Positions 40,515 through 53,688 are shown, counted from the first letter of the stretch. The stretch is DNA of 64,000 bases from Macrostomum hystrix (GCA_950097015.1 CATNEN010000003.1:3286001-3350000), one strand, 5' to 3'. The notes: generated by a model from the sequence alone, not told the origin. Made by a program: numbers and translations.

Positions 40515-42370
40515 TACTCATGCTGTCTCTCAGTCTTTCTCATGTTGTCTCTCTCACTCTCATGCTCTCTCTCACTTTTTCTCATGCTGTCTCTCAGTCT
40601 TTCTCATGCTGTCTCTCAGTCTTTCTCATGTTGTCTCTCAGTCTTTCTCATGCTGTCTCTCACTTTTTCTCATGCTGTCTCTCAGTCTTTCTCATGCTGT
40701 CTCTCAGTCTTTCTCATGCTGTCTCTCAGTCTTTCTCATGCTGTCTCTCAGTCTTTCTCATGCTGTCTCTCACTCTTTCTCATGCTGTCTCTCAGTCTTT
40801 CTCATGCTGTCTCTCACTCTTTCTCATGCTGTCTCTCACTCTTTCTCATGCTGTCTCTCAGTCTTTCTCATGCTGTCTCTCACTCTTTCTCATGCTGTCT
40901 CTCAGTCTTTCTCATGCTGTCTCTCACTCTTTCTCATGCTGTCTCTCAGTCTTTCGCTTGCTGCCTCTCAGTCTTTCTCATGCTGTCTCTCACTCTTTCT
41001 CATGCTGTCTCTCAGTCTTTCTCATGCTGTCTCTCAGTCTTTCTCATGCTGTCTCTCTCGCTCTTTCTCATGCTGTCTCTCAGTCTTTCTCATGCTGTCT
41101 CTCTCACTCCTTCTCATGCTGTCTCTCACTCTTTCTCATGCTCTCTCTCCCTTTTTCTCATGCTGTCTCTCACTCTTTCTCATGCTGTCTCTCAGTCTTT
41201 CTCATGCTGTCTCTCAGTCTTTCTCATGCTGTCTCTCTCACTCCTTCTCATGCTGTCTCTCACTCTTTCTCATGCTCTCTCTCCCTTTTTCTCATGCTGT
41301 CTCTCAGTCTTTCTCATGTTGTCTCTCAGTCTTTCTCATGCTGTCTCTCAGTCTTTCTCATGCTGTCTCTCAGTCTTTCTCATGCTGTCTCTCACTCTTT
41401 CTCATGCTCTCTCTCCCTTTTTCTCATGCTCTCTCTCACTCTTTCTCATGCTGTCTCTCAGTCTTTCTCATGCTGTCTCTCAGTCTTTCTCATGCTGTCT
41501 CTCTCACTCCTTCTCATGCTGTCTCTCACTCTTTCTCATGCTCTCTCTCCCTTTTTCTCATGCTGTCTCTCAGTCTTTCTCATGTTGTCTCTCAGTCTTT
41601 CTCATGCTGTCTCTCAGTCTTTCTCATGCTGTCTCTCACTCTTTCTCATGCTGTCTCTCAGTCTTTCGCTTGCTGCCTCTCAGTCTTTCTCATGCTGTCT
41701 CTCACTCTTTCTCATGCTGTCTCTCAGTCTTTCTCATGCTGTCTCTCAGTCTTTCTCATGCTGTCTCTCTCGCTCTTTCTCATGCTGTCTCTCAGTCTTT
41801 CTCATGCTGTCTCTCTCACTCCTTCTCATGCTGTCTCTCACTCTTTCTCATGCTCTCTCTCCCTTTTTCTCATGCTGTCTCTCACTCTTTCTCATGCTGT
41901 CTCTCAGTCTTTCTCATGCTGTCTCTCAGTCTTTCTCATGCTGTCTCTCTCACTCCTTCTCATGCTGTCTCTCACTCTTTCTCATGCTCTCTCTCCCTTT
42001 TTCTCATGCTGTCTCTCAGTCTTTCTCATGTTGTCTCTCAGTCTTTCTCATGCTGTCTCTCAGTCTTTCTCATGCTGTCTCTCAGTCTTTCTCATGCTGT
42101 CTCTCACTCTTTCTCATGCTCTCTCTCCCTTTTTCTCATGCTCTCTCTCACTCTTTCTCATGCTGTCTCTCAGTCTTTCTCATGCTGTCTCTCAGTCTTT
42201 CTCATGCTGTCTCTCTCACTCCTTCTCATGCTGTCTCTCACTCTTTCTCATGCTCTCTCTCCCTTTTTCTCATGCTGTCTCTCAGTCTTTCTCATGTTGT
42301 CTCTCAGTCTTTCTCATGCTGTCTCTCAGTCTTTCTCATGCTGTCTCTCAGTCTTTCTCATGCTGTCTCT
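40515..42370. repeat. 22-bp minisatellite (CTCATGCTGTCTCTCAGTCTTT) with ~712-bp higher-order duplication
   Basis: Rare variant TTCGCTTGCTGCC at ~40953 and ~41665. Confidence 0.97.
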
Positions 42371-42759
42371 TTATTTCCCGTGCTATGAACCAACCTGAGG
42401 CTTAGCCCAGTTTTCTGTCAAGGCAATCTGTCTGACTATTTCTAAATCCTTATTCGCTAATCTCAACTAGACGTTAATCTTAAAGTCTTAAGACTTAAGA
42501 GATTGAATGAAAAATTTGGCGGTCGCGGTAATTTGAGTTCGCACTTATACTTATTCCCTACTCTAGTAACTTTTGTCAAATCGTCAATACCTAATAAGGT
42601 CGTCCTTTTGTATTCTTCCAGACAATCAAATTCCAATTTTAACAAAATATATACTTGTTAACCCACTACTTGTTGAATGAGTATAGTATTTAAATACGCG
42701 CATTGTACTTTTAACTGACGACATACACAAATCCACAAACATGTGTGAAAAAATCCACA

Positions 42760-43080
42760 AAACCTACTTCACAAACTAAAATCTACTTCACAAACTAAAA
42801 CCTACTTCCATACACTAAAACCTACATTTACAAACTAAAATCTACTTTAATAAACTAAAACCTACTTTCACAAACTAAAACCTACTTTCATACACTAAAA
42901 CCTACTTCAGAAACTAAAACCTACTTCACAAACTAAAACATAATTTCATAAACTAAAACCTAATTTCCTTAACTAAAACCTACTTTCACAAACTATAACC
43001 TTCTTTCATAAACTAAACCCAAGTTCACCTTCACCAACTAAAACGCAGTTCACAAACTATAAACCTAATTCACAAACTAA
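42760..43080. repeat. Degenerate ~20-bp repeat (ACAAACTAAAACCTACTTC)
   Basis: Direct reading. Confidence 0.85.
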
Positions 43081-43200
43081 AAGCGACTTTTAACCATGAA
43101 AAATAAATTGCCAATCTAGATGGATGCTTTACGAGTCTAAAACCTACTTTTTATAAAAAGAGCATTCCAAAAAATTAAGCTTTTAACCAACATTTCACAG

Positions 43201-43419
43201 GTGAACTTGGACAGCACAACAAGACTAGCCACAATCAACGCCATGGGCAGTCCCGACGGTCACCTGTTTGAGCAGGCTCAGAAGAGAATCCAAGCACTCA
43301 TGGAGAAGGACTCTTATCAGCGGTTCTTGAGATCGGAGGTCTATCAGAATCATTTGAAAGACTCGGCAAAGACCAACAACAGCGGTTCAGCGTCAGCCAG
43401 TTCGATAGGAGGTCATTGA
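43201..43419 (+). CDS. RGS gene last exon (VNLDSTTR...FEQAQKRIQALMEKDSYQRFLRSEVY...GGH*)
   Basis: TTTCACAG|GTG acceptor in phase 0; motifs EVNLD and F..AQ..I..LMEKDSY.RFL.S..Y complete the RGS box. Confidence 0.96.
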   Translation: MNLDSTTRLATINAMGSPDGHLFEQAQKRIQALMEKDSYQRFLRSEVYQNHLKDSAKTNNSGSASASSIGGH

Positions 43420-43594
43420 CCTCCAGTATCAGTTTCTGACCCCAATGCTCTGCACAATGCTGCTATTGTTTGGCTAAACTATTATGCAAATATCTTTGAA
43501 ACTCAAATGCCGCTTTCGTTTTTTTGTTTCAATTTGTTGGACGAAATTTTCAAGTATCATTGGTTCGTTTTGTCCTTTTTAATTATTGGCCTTT

Positions 43595-43990
43595 CTGACT
43601 TTCCCTTGTCACTATCACTTTCCCTTGTCACTCAGACTTTCCCTTGTCACTTTGTGACTTTCCCTTGTCACTCTGCGACTTTCCCTTGTCACTCTCTGAC
43701 CTTCCCTTGTCACTTTGTGACTTTCCCTTGTCACTCTGTGACTTTCCCTTGTCACTTTGTAACTTTCCCTTGTCACTCTGTGACTTTCCCTTGTCACTCT
43801 GTGACTTTCCCTTGTCACTCTCTGACTTTCCCTTGTCACTCTGTGACTTTCCCTTGTCACTCTCTGACTTTCCCTTGTCACTCTCTGACTTTCCCTTGTC
43901 ACTCTCTGACTTTCCCTTGTCACTCTCTGACCTTCCCTTGTCACTCTCTGAATTTCCCTTATCACTCTGGATTTCCCTTGTGATTCTCTC
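43595..43990. repeat. 21-bp minisatellite (ACTTTCCCTTGTCACTCTGTG) in the probable RGS 3' UTR
   Basis: Direct reading; AATAAA downstream at 44315. Confidence 0.93.
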
Positions 43991-45544
43991 TCCTGTCACT
44001 CTCTATGCTGCCTTGTCACTCCCTGTCTCTTATAATGCGTCTTTCCGTTTGTGACTGTACTGTGACCAACATTATTATCAGTCGTATGTTGTCAGTAACT
44101 AAATCCTAGGTCACTTCTAGCTACTTAATATATATTTATTGTCACCCCTCTATTTGGCACTCCTTCACAATCCTACTCTACACACCTGCGAACTTGCTTG
44201 CAAAACTTTATTTGCTCTTAATTGTTGTTTTTCTGGAAGGCAAAAAATATATCCATTGTTTTCTCCCCACCTGAATGCTGAATAATTAGAATCTCAAATT
44301 TGAAAAAAATCATGAATAAATTTTGCATTTTGACTCCAAAAACCACCGATATTAAATATTAAAAAATAGCTTGATAAAGTTTAAACATGATGTCCAATTT
44401 TACTAGTCAATCGGTCATTTTTTAACGACACTTAACTTATTTTTTATTGTCTTAGAAAGTTTTTTCGTAATTATGAATTTGTTTATCTATGATTACCTTT
44501 CAGAGTTGTCTATGTTAAACAAATCTACTTACTTTAGAAGTTCTGTCGATCATGTTTATTTTATCTATTTTTATGCGCTTCGATCGACATTCGTTTTTGT
44601 CCGTCGAACGTTTTGTTAAAAATGACTTCTTAAGGCAACTACATATTTATTATATTTATATGGGAGCTGGGGTTTAAGACAAAAACACCATATACACCGT
44701 AGATTATTTAAAAATAGAATTTTAGTTATAATAACAGCTACTAAATTATTAGACAGCACTGTGTATGGCTGTCCATGGACTGGGGGACGTCACACTTCCT
44801 AATTTCTATATCATTATACAGCTTGCTAAACTGAATCAAAGTGTAAGCGAAATCAACATAAAGTCATTTAGTTCTGCTCTGTTATAGGTCATAAATGATA
44901 ATAAATTAAAAATGCTATATTTTCTATATAAAAACTGCAATTCTTAGAATGTAATAATTGTTTTACTGTAAAATTATTAATCAATCAACGTAACATAAGA
45001 AATTATCATCATAATTCTCAGAATTAGAACATATGTACAATATGTGATGTGATAGGCTTATCACACAACAAATTGCTGAATGTCAACTGCACAAAAGTCT
45101 GTTTTCATTTTATACTTTGACAATGCGTACACATGACAATATATATTATATAAGAATGCAAAATAAATGACTTAATTTAATCACAATGTAAAGCTGTCTG
45201 TTTTTGTGTTTTAACTGTACAATTTAAAAACGCACGAAAATCTGCTTAACTTCTATTTATTGGACGAGAGCTTATTAGTTTGAGGATGCAATTGAACAGA
45301 TACAGATTAACGACGAAGCAAAAACTTTATTACTACGTGTTTTTTTTTAAAGTGACTTTTTAAACATGGTATAAATTGTTTATTATCCTGTACACACGTA
45401 CCATACTCTGGACCAGGAATGTACTCACAATCTTACTCAGGGTCGCCTCGCCTGTGTACATGTCTCTGATGTACATATGACCTACTAAGGACAGTATAAA
45501 TGACCAACTTCTCAGGAACAAACAAAGGACCTGGCTACTGTTCG

Positions 45545-46650
45545 TTAGGGATGTCTGTTATGACCTACTCAGGGATGTTCGTATGGCCTACTCAGGGATG
45601 TTTGTATGGCCTACTCAGGGATGTCTGTTATGACCTACTCAGGGATGTTCGTATGGCCTACTCAGGGATGTTTGTATGGCCTACTCAGGGATGTTTGTTA
45701 TGACCTACTCAGGGATGTCTGTTATGACCTACTCAGGGATGTTTGTTATGACCTACTCAGGGATGTTTGTTATGACCTACTCAGGGATGTCTGTTATGAC
45801 CTACTCAGGGATGTTCGTATGGCCTACTCAGGGATGTTTGTATGGCCTACTCAGGGATGTCTGTTATGACCTACTCAGGGATGTTCGTATGGCCTACTCA
45901 GGGATGTTTGTATGGCCTACTCAGGGATGTTTGTTATGACCTACTCAGGGATGTCTGTTATGACCTACTCAGGGATGTTTGTTATGACCTACTCAGGGAT
46001 GTTTGTTATGACCTACTCAGGGATGTCTGTTATGACCTACTCAGGGATGTCTGTTATGACCTACTCAGGGATGTCTGTTATGACCTACTCAGGGATGTTT
46101 GTATGGCCTACTCAGGGATGTTTGTTATGACCTACTCAGGGATGTTTGTTATGACCTACTCAGGGATGTCTGTTATGACCTACTCAGGGATGTTTGTTAT
46201 GACCTACTCAGGGATGTCTGTTATGACCTACTCAGGGATGTCTGTTATGACCTACTCAGGGATGTCTGTTATGACCTACTCAGGGATGTCTGTTATGAAC
46301 TACTCAGAGATGTTCGTATGACCTACTCACGGATGTTTGTTATGACCTACTCAGGGATGTCTGTTATGACCTACTCAGGGATGTCTGTTATGACCTACTC
46401 AGGGATGTCTGTTATGACCTACTCAGGGATGTCTGTTATGACCTACTCAGGGATGTCTGTTATGATCTACTCAGGGATGTTTGTTATGACCTACTCAGGG
46501 ATGTCTGTTATGACCTACTCAGGGATGTTTGTTATGACCTACTCAGGGATGTCTGTTATGACCTACTCAGGGATGTCTGTTATGACCTACTCAGGGATGT
46601 CTGTTATGACCTACTCAGGGATGTCTGTTATGGCCTACTCAGGGATGTCT
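45545..46650. repeat. 23/24-bp minisatellite (GGGATGTCTGTTATGACCTACTCA)
   Basis: Direct reading. Confidence 0.97.
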
Positions 46651-46689
46651 CAATTATAAATAGTAAAGTTATACACTTTGCTAAACTAT

Positions 46690-47187
46690 TTAAGGCATTT
46701 TCACAGATCTGAATGTAAGATTGCTGGTAGTGACAGGCCTTTGTTGAACTGCTATTTGGCGTCTATCAGTTTCGCCTAAGAATTCAGTCACTCCCAGGTG
46801 AGTTGTCGATCTTGGTAGCAGCTGCAATATCCGCCTCAGCCTCTCCTCGTGATCTCCGTCAGCGGTCTGCTGGGCCAGGTTTCTGCTAAAGTTGGAAGCC
46901 TCTTGACAGCTTTGCTGCAGACGAAATTGTTCCGCTTGAAGAAGCCGCTGTTTCAGCTGCTGCTGCTGCTGCTGCCGCGTCATTGAAGGTGATGGAGTCG
47001 GTGTGAACGAAGCCTTAGACGACGACGATAAAAGTCGAACCTGTCGCATCATCAGAATCCTTTCGGCTGATTCCCAGCTTCTTTGAGTGAGCAATTTACA
47101 CCTGTCCAGGTGTGCCAGCTGTTGTGCCAACTGCTGCTCCTCCGAGTACTGCTTCCAGTTGCCCTTCCTGCGGGCCTCAGCGCTCAT
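46690..47187 (-). CDS. 165-aa Q/R/L-rich predicted coiled-coil protein of unknown function
   Basis: Complete ATG-to-TAA ORF in non-repetitive GC-richer DNA; ACAAATG start context; candidate acceptor TTCTATAAG| about 30 nt upstream; helical composition. Confidence 0.65.
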   Translation of the reverse strand: MSAEARRKGNWKQYSEEQQLAQQLAHLDRCKLLTQRSWESAERILMMRQVRLLSSSSKASFTPTPSPSMTRQQQQQQLKQRLLQAEQFRLQQSCQEASNFSRNLAQQTADGDHEERLRRILQLLPRSTTHLGVTEFLGETDRRQIAVQQRPVTTSNLTFRSVKMP

Positions 47188-47224
47188 TTGTAGATGTAGT
47201 GCCTCAGTTTATTATCCTTATAGA

Positions 47225-48510
47225 ACAATCTAGCTGTATCGAAGACGACCGAACAGTTGTGTCCAAGCGATCTAGGTGTGTCCAAGACAATCCAGTTGTG
47301 TCCAAGATCCCTGGACACCTAGAGACGACTAGACACAACAATCTAGTTGTGTCCAAGACGATCTATAGTTGTGTCCAAGATGATCTAGATGTGTCCAAGA
47401 TGATCTAGTTGTGTCCAAGATGATCTAGATGTGTCCAAGACGATCTAGTAGTGTCCAAGATGATCTAGTTGTGTCCAAGACGATCTATAGTTGTGTCCAA
47501 GATGATCTAGACCTGTCCAAGACGATCTAGTAGTGTCCAAGATGATCTAGTTGTGTCCAAGACGATCTATAGTTGTTTCCAAGATGATCTAGATGTGTCC
47601 AAGACGATCTAGTTGTGTCCAAGATGATCTAGATGTGTCCAAGATGATCTAGATGTGTCCAAGACAGTTTAGTTGTGTCCAAGATGATCTAGTTGTGTCC
47701 AAGACAGTTTAGATGTGTCCAAGACGATCTAGTTGTGTCCAAGACAGTTTAGTTGTGTCCAAGATGATCTAGATGTGTCCACGACGATCTAGTTGTGTCC
47801 AAGATAGTTTAGATGTATCCAAGACGATCTAGTTGTGTCCAAGACAGTTTAGTTGTGTCCAAGACAGTTTAGTTGTGTCCAAGACGATCTAGTTGTGTCC
47901 AAGACGATCTAGTTGTGTCCAAGACAGTTTAGTTGTGTCCGAGATGATCTAGTTGTGTCCAAGACGATCTAGTTGTGTCCAAGACGATCTAGTTGTGTCC
48001 AAGACAGTTTAGTTGTGTCCGAGATGATCTAGTTGTGTCCAAGATGATCTAGTTGTGTCCAAGATGATCTAGTTGTGTCCAAGACGATCTAGTTGTGTCC
48101 AAGACAGTTTAGTTGTGTCCAAGATGATCTAGTTGTGTCCAAGATGATCTAGTTGTGTCCAAGACGATCTAGTTGTGTCCAAGATGATCTAGTTGTGTCC
48201 AAGATGATCTAGTTGTGTCCAAGACGATCTAGTTGTGTCCGAGATGATCTAGTTGTGTCCAAGATGATCTAGTTGTGTCCAAGACGATCTAGTTGTGTCC
48301 AAGATGATCTAGTTGTGTCCAAGACGATCTAGTTGTGTCCAAGATGATCTAGTTGTGTCCAAGACGATCTAGTTGTGTCCAAGATGATCTAGTTGTGTCC
48401 AAGATGATCTAGTTGTGTCCAAGACGATCTAGTTGTGTCCAAGATGATCTAGTTGTGTCCAAGATGATCTAGTTGTGTCCAAGACAGTTTAGATGTGTCT
48501 AAGATGACCT
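47225..48510. repeat. 20-bp minisatellite (GATCTAGTTGTGTCCAAGA[T/C])
   Basis: Direct reading. Confidence 0.97.
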
Positions 48511-48891
48511 CAATGTCGCAAAGACGACCTTAGTATCTCTTCTGTGGTCCTGTTTGGTGTGTTTAGTCTCTACCGTCGCAGCAGCAGTTGATTTCTGCAT
48601 CACGCATTTATACTGCGGAACTGTCGTACAAGCGCCGCAGCCTCACAGTTTCCAGCCGTTTGCTTAATCTGGCAGTCTTTCCTCAGAATAAACAAAGTTT
48701 TTTTCTGGCGTCTCGCCTATTCGACATCCGGCTTAGAAGCTCCTGTTGGACAAACACATGTCAGTTTGTCAGCTTGAAACCCGAGTCAAATTCAGAACTG
48801 AATGAATTTCCCAAAAAACCACCGCGCGACGAGAAACCTTCGCGGTGGAAATTGGCTCCACTACACTCTCAGGCTCATACTCAAACGTGCA

Positions 48892-48905
48892 GTTGCCATG
48901 ACAAC
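48892..48905. promoter_or_regulatory. RFX X-box GTTGCCATGACAAC
   Basis: 13/14 match to the palindromic X-box GTTGCCATGGCAAC; ATTGG at 48851 nearby; lies 5' of the - strand ORF. Confidence 0.6.
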
Positions 48906-49890
48906 CGGAGTTTTTCGTTCTAAGTGCAGCGTTTTAGATTTGAACGGCTAGCAGAATGGTTTAAATTAAAACTAATTTTCCTTAAGGAAATTCTTTAGTC
49001 TATGAAGGGAGATTCATTAAATAACGAGCGCACCATTCAGAATATATCTAGGAACGTCAGAAGTTCAATTCTCAGCCAGAAGGGAAAAAATTGTGTTATT
49101 TTAAGAAATAGATTTGAAGAAGCCTAGTTTGACTTGCTTTTAAACTGCATAACGCAATTTGATATCGTCGTTCTCTAAGTCTAAGGCATTCGAAACAAGA
49201 GAATCTGTATGGCATGAATTTAAGACAAAAATCAACAAAAATCCTAAATAAAAAAATGGGAACACTACAACAGCCCTTGTTGCGTGTTAATTTTATCCCC
49301 ATCTTAAAGTAATTGTCACGAATCGATTTCTAAAGGCTTTCATATTTTTTATGAATACTGTTTATATTTTCTAACATAAGGAAATTACTTTCGCAATGAA
49401 CTTTATAACCAAAGAATGATTGCCTGACAAGTCCACAGTGAGTCAAATGACCTCTAAAGGTACTAAATTAAGATTGAATTAAAATTCAAGTTAAAAATGG
49501 AAATGGAACATCCTGCTTGCCTTGAAGCTTAGTAGTTTTAATAACCTGGAAAATATAAACCGCTATTTTAGCATAGTCTATGAAACGGAAATGAAATATG
49601 GCGGCGTGACCGGTTAGCTCTATCCGTAATAGTGCACAGGATAGAGTCAGCGATGCAGCGTAAACAATTCTACAAATTAGGTCAACAATACAGTGAGCAA
49701 TTCTGCTGATGGGCCAAGCCGGATTTGACAATTAACAATCAAAAAATTAATTCTGTCTCAAGTATTCCTGATGACTTTATAACTATTTTACTAGAAAACA
49801 CTTTAACAAATTTCCAATTTGTAAGTTGTCTAGGCAAATTTTCTTAGAAAGGTACGTCAACTGGTTCTTAGAAATTAGGAAACGACTGTC

Positions 49891-50485
49891 TATCTATCTA
49901 TCTATTTGCAGGGGGCCCGGGGCACTTGTCGCACAAGCGACGGAGCGGCACGCCCCCAGACCGGCGAACTAGGCGCTTTTGCGCCCATCGCGCCGCCTCC
50001 CCTGAGCAGGCACCACACACAACAGCACAGACCAGCCGGGGAGGGCAGGAGGCACCCAGAATAGGCAGCAGTGTCCCCCACCCCAGCCCCACACGCACAT
50101 AGCAGACCAAGCCTGGGCGAAAGGCTGATAAGAAATCAGTCCTCAGGGGGGGGGCGGGTGATGAGTGTACACTTATCCAATCGCGCTGACGGAAGTCCAG
50201 AAAGCGCGCGGCGGTGTACACCCGCCCTCCAGCCACCCCCCGCAAGGTCTCACGCCCCAGCGCCAACGCACACAACTCACATAACGCAGAACAGGCACAC
50301 AGAAGGTAGGAGCGAAGCTATTATTTCAAGCTTTGATTGCACGAAATATGGTGCACCTCCGCCGGTCGCTACTGTCCAAACCCCCCAACAAGTCCCGAAA
50401 TTAATCGTGACTTGAAGGGTGAATCGAACTAGCGTCCTTTGGAGTGCGAGGCAGCGACGTTAGCCGCTGACCCAATCGCCCCATT
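49891..50485 (-). mobile_element. Young ~590-bp tRNA-headed SINE, family C, copy 1
   Basis: Head GGGGCGATTGGGTCAGCGG...AGTTCGATTC; (ATAG)n tail; 13-bp TSD GGAAACGACTGTC at 49878-49890 and 50486-50498. Confidence 0.9.
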
Positions 50486-51772
50486 GGAAACGACTGTCAA
50501 CTTTCTTAGAAAATATAAATTCGTTTCTTGGAAAGCACGGAAAAGCAAGTAATTATCCAAACCCTTTCTTAGAAAAATCCGTAAGTTCTTACGGAAATTT
50601 CTTATTCTTAAAAATTTCAATTCTTTCATAGACAAAAACTAATTTGAAATATTTCCTTCAAAGTATGTGTCGTAGTTTTGTTTCATTTTCTAGTTTCCAT
50701 TGGTACAAAAAAAAAATTAACTAGAGTTGAACGTTATTTTTTTAGTATAAAAAGTTCTTATTTAAATTTCGTCGAAAAATGTCTATAATTTGTGTTCTCA
50801 ATAACTTTTGTTAAAACGACATTGTTAACGATCACTCTGCTTGTAAATACAGATGCCAGTAGCAAATGTCAAGCATTGATGTAATAAGCAAAATATAACA
50901 AAAATTATGCGTGTCTTGACATAAGACACTAATAAAACAAATCACCTTGGCACAACAGTCAATTTTTCGCTTTAAACCATTCACATTCACATGCACATGA
51001 AATGAAATTGTCATAAAGCATTGCGCATAGCACTATGTGACAATCACTAATTAGGGCAGTGAAATGTCAAGTTAATAAAATGGTAAACTTTATCTGACTA
51101 AAATGTTAAAAAGTAAGGAAGACAAAACTCAAAAAACGAGCTCTATTGCAGAAAACAGAAAAGTGACACGATTTGCATTTTACTCTACTGTAAGTAATCG
51201 TAACAGAAATTTGGCATCCAATAAAAAAAATAAATAAGTTGTGACTCGACAACAAAAAGCTAAAATATTTGTAAAAACGGAAATTGGAAGTAATTTTTGA
51301 GTGTGCATGATTTTCAGAAAAACGTTAAAAAACTAATTTTGTAACGTTTTGGAATGAAAGAAACGTTAAAATAGTTTTAGAAAAGCAAGGTTGTTAATAC
51401 CTGTTAATAAAATTCTAATAAGCTTTAAAAACGTAATTCATTAGATTACAATGTTACAAAACAAGTCAGAAAAAGTCAGCTCTAAATAAACGTTAAATTT
51501 GTCCTTAAATTTTTGCTCGAAAAAGTTTTTGTCATCCGAAGGACTTTCTAAAAATAGCAACTACGTCACTTGGCCTAAGCCAAAATAATTTTTCAAGGTC
51601 ATCATCATTTGACGTCATTTGACCGCTGGAAACACATATAAAGAGAGAACATTTTTTCTTCTTTGAAAAAAAATCAACAAATTTGTAGACAACAAAGCAG
51701 AAACCATATTAACTAAACGAATTAAACTAACTAGTGTGAAGTAAAAATGTAACGATTTAAATGTAAGTGTTA

Positions 51773-52004
51773 TTACAGGTCAACATCGCCCAGGCTTTCC
51801 ATCAAAGCAGCCTTGTCATTCTTGGCCTTTTTAACTCGGCCATAGACAGCTCGACCGCTGCTGCCGCTGCCACCGCTAACTTTGATTTGTTTGTCCTCAT
51901 CATCGTCTTCGTCTTCGTGAACTGCGCAAGATTCCGGGGCACCAAAACCCGACGTTGCATCGCCTTCGCTGGCATTTATGAGCTGGGTGTACTTATATTG
52001 CAGT
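51773..52004 (-). CDS. ELAPOR1: ELAPOR-family gene, last exon (cytoplasmic tail LQYKYTQL...ESCAVHEDED...DKAALMESLGDVDL*)
   Basis: Corresponds to the LEYKYSKL...DSCA..EGED tail of ELAPOR1/2 as recalled; phase-2 acceptor; TAA at 51775-51773. Confidence 0.88.
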
Positions 52005-52064
52005 CTAAAATGTTCGATTAAATTTGTATAGTGTAGCGCAAGCGCAATTGTACAATTGCTTACA

Positions 52065-52835
52065 ATTTAGGCGCAGGGAGTGTAAATTGAGGGCAGAGAA
52101 AATATAGGGGCCAGTTTAGGCGCCGGAGTGTACATTGTGGGCAGAGAAAATATAGGGGCCAGTTTAGGCGCAGGAGTGTACATTGAGGGCAGAGAAAAGA
52201 TAGGGGCCAGTTTAGGCGCAGGAGTGTACATTGAGGGCAGAGAAAAGATAGGGGCCAGTTTAGGCGCAGGAGTGTACATTGAGGGCAGAGAAAAGATAGG
52301 GGCCAGTTTAGGCGCAGGAGTGTACATTGAGGGCAGAGAAAAGATAGGTGCCAGTTTAGGCGCAGGAGTGTACATTGAGGGCAGAGAAAATATAGGGGCC
52401 AGTTTAGGCGCCGGAGTGTACATTGAGGGCAGAGAAAATATAGGGGCCAGTTTAGGCGCAGGAGTGTACATTGAGGGCAGAGAAAATATAGGGGCCAGTT
52501 TAGGCGCAGGAGTGTACATTGAGGGCAGAGAAAAGATAGGGGCCAGTTTAGGCGCAGGAGTGTACATTGAGGGCAGAGAAAAGATAGGGGCCAGTTTAGT
52601 TTCAGGAGCACTTGTACATTGAGGGCAGAGAAAAGATAGGTGCCAGTTTAGGCGCAGGAGTGTACATTGAGGGCAGAGAAAAGATACGTGCCAGTTTAGG
52701 CGCAGGAGTGTACATTGAGGGCAGAGAAAAGATAGGTGCCAGTTTAGGCGCAGGAGTGTACATTGAGGGCAGAGAAAAGATAGGTACCAGTTTAGGCGCA
52801 GGAGTGTACATTGAGGGCAGAGAAAAGATAGGGGT
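52065..52835. repeat. 48-bp minisatellite, ~16 units
   Basis: TTTAGGCGCAGGAGTGTACATTGAGGGCAGAGAAAAGATAGGGGCCAG. Confidence 0.97.
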
Positions 52836-53321
52836 CAGTGTAGGCTCGGGAAGGCCTAAGGATATATCGGGTATTATGAGTACAAGTTAATAGAGAGGCT
52901 TCTGCAAGTAACAAGGGCATTTAGCGATATATAAAATACAGCAGAAATCTGAAACCATTTGCACACTACAAACAGTATTGCAATCAATCGAGAGATCGAG
53001 AAATCGATTTGAGTTTGCTACGTATATATATATATATATATATATATAGCTGTGTAGCAAATAGTATGCTCACTGGGAGCAAAGAATCTGAGAAAGGAAA
53101 CGGAAATTAACACTTCGATCCCAAGGGAATGGAGGTGGCTTTGGGCTTGTAAGGCAGAAAGCCTCATAAAAATCGTAGGAAATTTTTCCTAACGAAGCAC
53201 ATACTCCCGCACTTAAGAACAACCGGAAAGGAAATTTTTTAGGGAAAATAGCAAATGGAGTATTTTGAGCAGTCTGATAGCTGCACAGATCTCAATCTAA
53301 AAAATATAGAAATAAACTCAC

Positions 53322-53480
53322 GATTTATTTTTCCTGTAGCAGTAGCATGCCAATAAGCAGCTGAATAGGCCAATAGCAATCAGGGTTAACAGCAGAACCA
53401 GTATTGGCCCGGTCACAATGGGACACATAACGATTCGTTCACTTCTTTTTGGCCTACTGCCATCTTTTTCAAAGCAGAAT
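53322..53480 (-). CDS. ELAPOR1: ELAPOR-family exon with transmembrane helix (FCFEK...ILVLLLTLIAIGLFSCLLACYCYRKNK)
   Basis: GT-AG boundaries, phase 2/2; hydrophobic helix followed by CY.RKN. Confidence 0.88.
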
Positions 53481-53547
53481 CTGCAAGCAATGATATTTAT
53501 GCATAAATGTTCTGATGTCTAGATTGGGTTATTGACCAGCTATAGAC

Positions 53548-53688
53548 GACACTTAGCTCCGCATTGCTTCAGCTCACCCAGCTGTTAAATGGGTACCAGC
53601 ATCAGCTGGGGTAATTAAGATTTGGTGTGGCCTCCCACCAGTCCATGGACTGAACGCAGCCTTCAGATGCGCCGCGCAATAGCTGCGA
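53548..53688 (+). mobile_element. SINE family B, central/3' fragment
   Basis: GCATTGCTTCAGCTCACCCAGCTGTTAAATGGGTACCAGCAT...CAGTCCATGGACTGAAC...GCAGCCTTCAGATGCGCCG. Confidence 0.75.

Noticed and set aside
40453-42405. Three overlapping ORFs of more than 600 aa
   Set aside because: All three frames are open only because the 22-bp unit has no stop codon; the region lies inside an RGS intron.
50184-50210. CTGACGGA...GAAA inside SINE-C as a possible hammerhead
   Set aside because: It lies antisense to the element, the core is not CUGANGA, and the flanks form only a simple hairpin.
49898-50415. 125-aa and 114-aa ORFs duplicated at 54521-55055
   Set aside because: Chance ORFs in the GC-rich SINE-C body; they differ between copies by indels.
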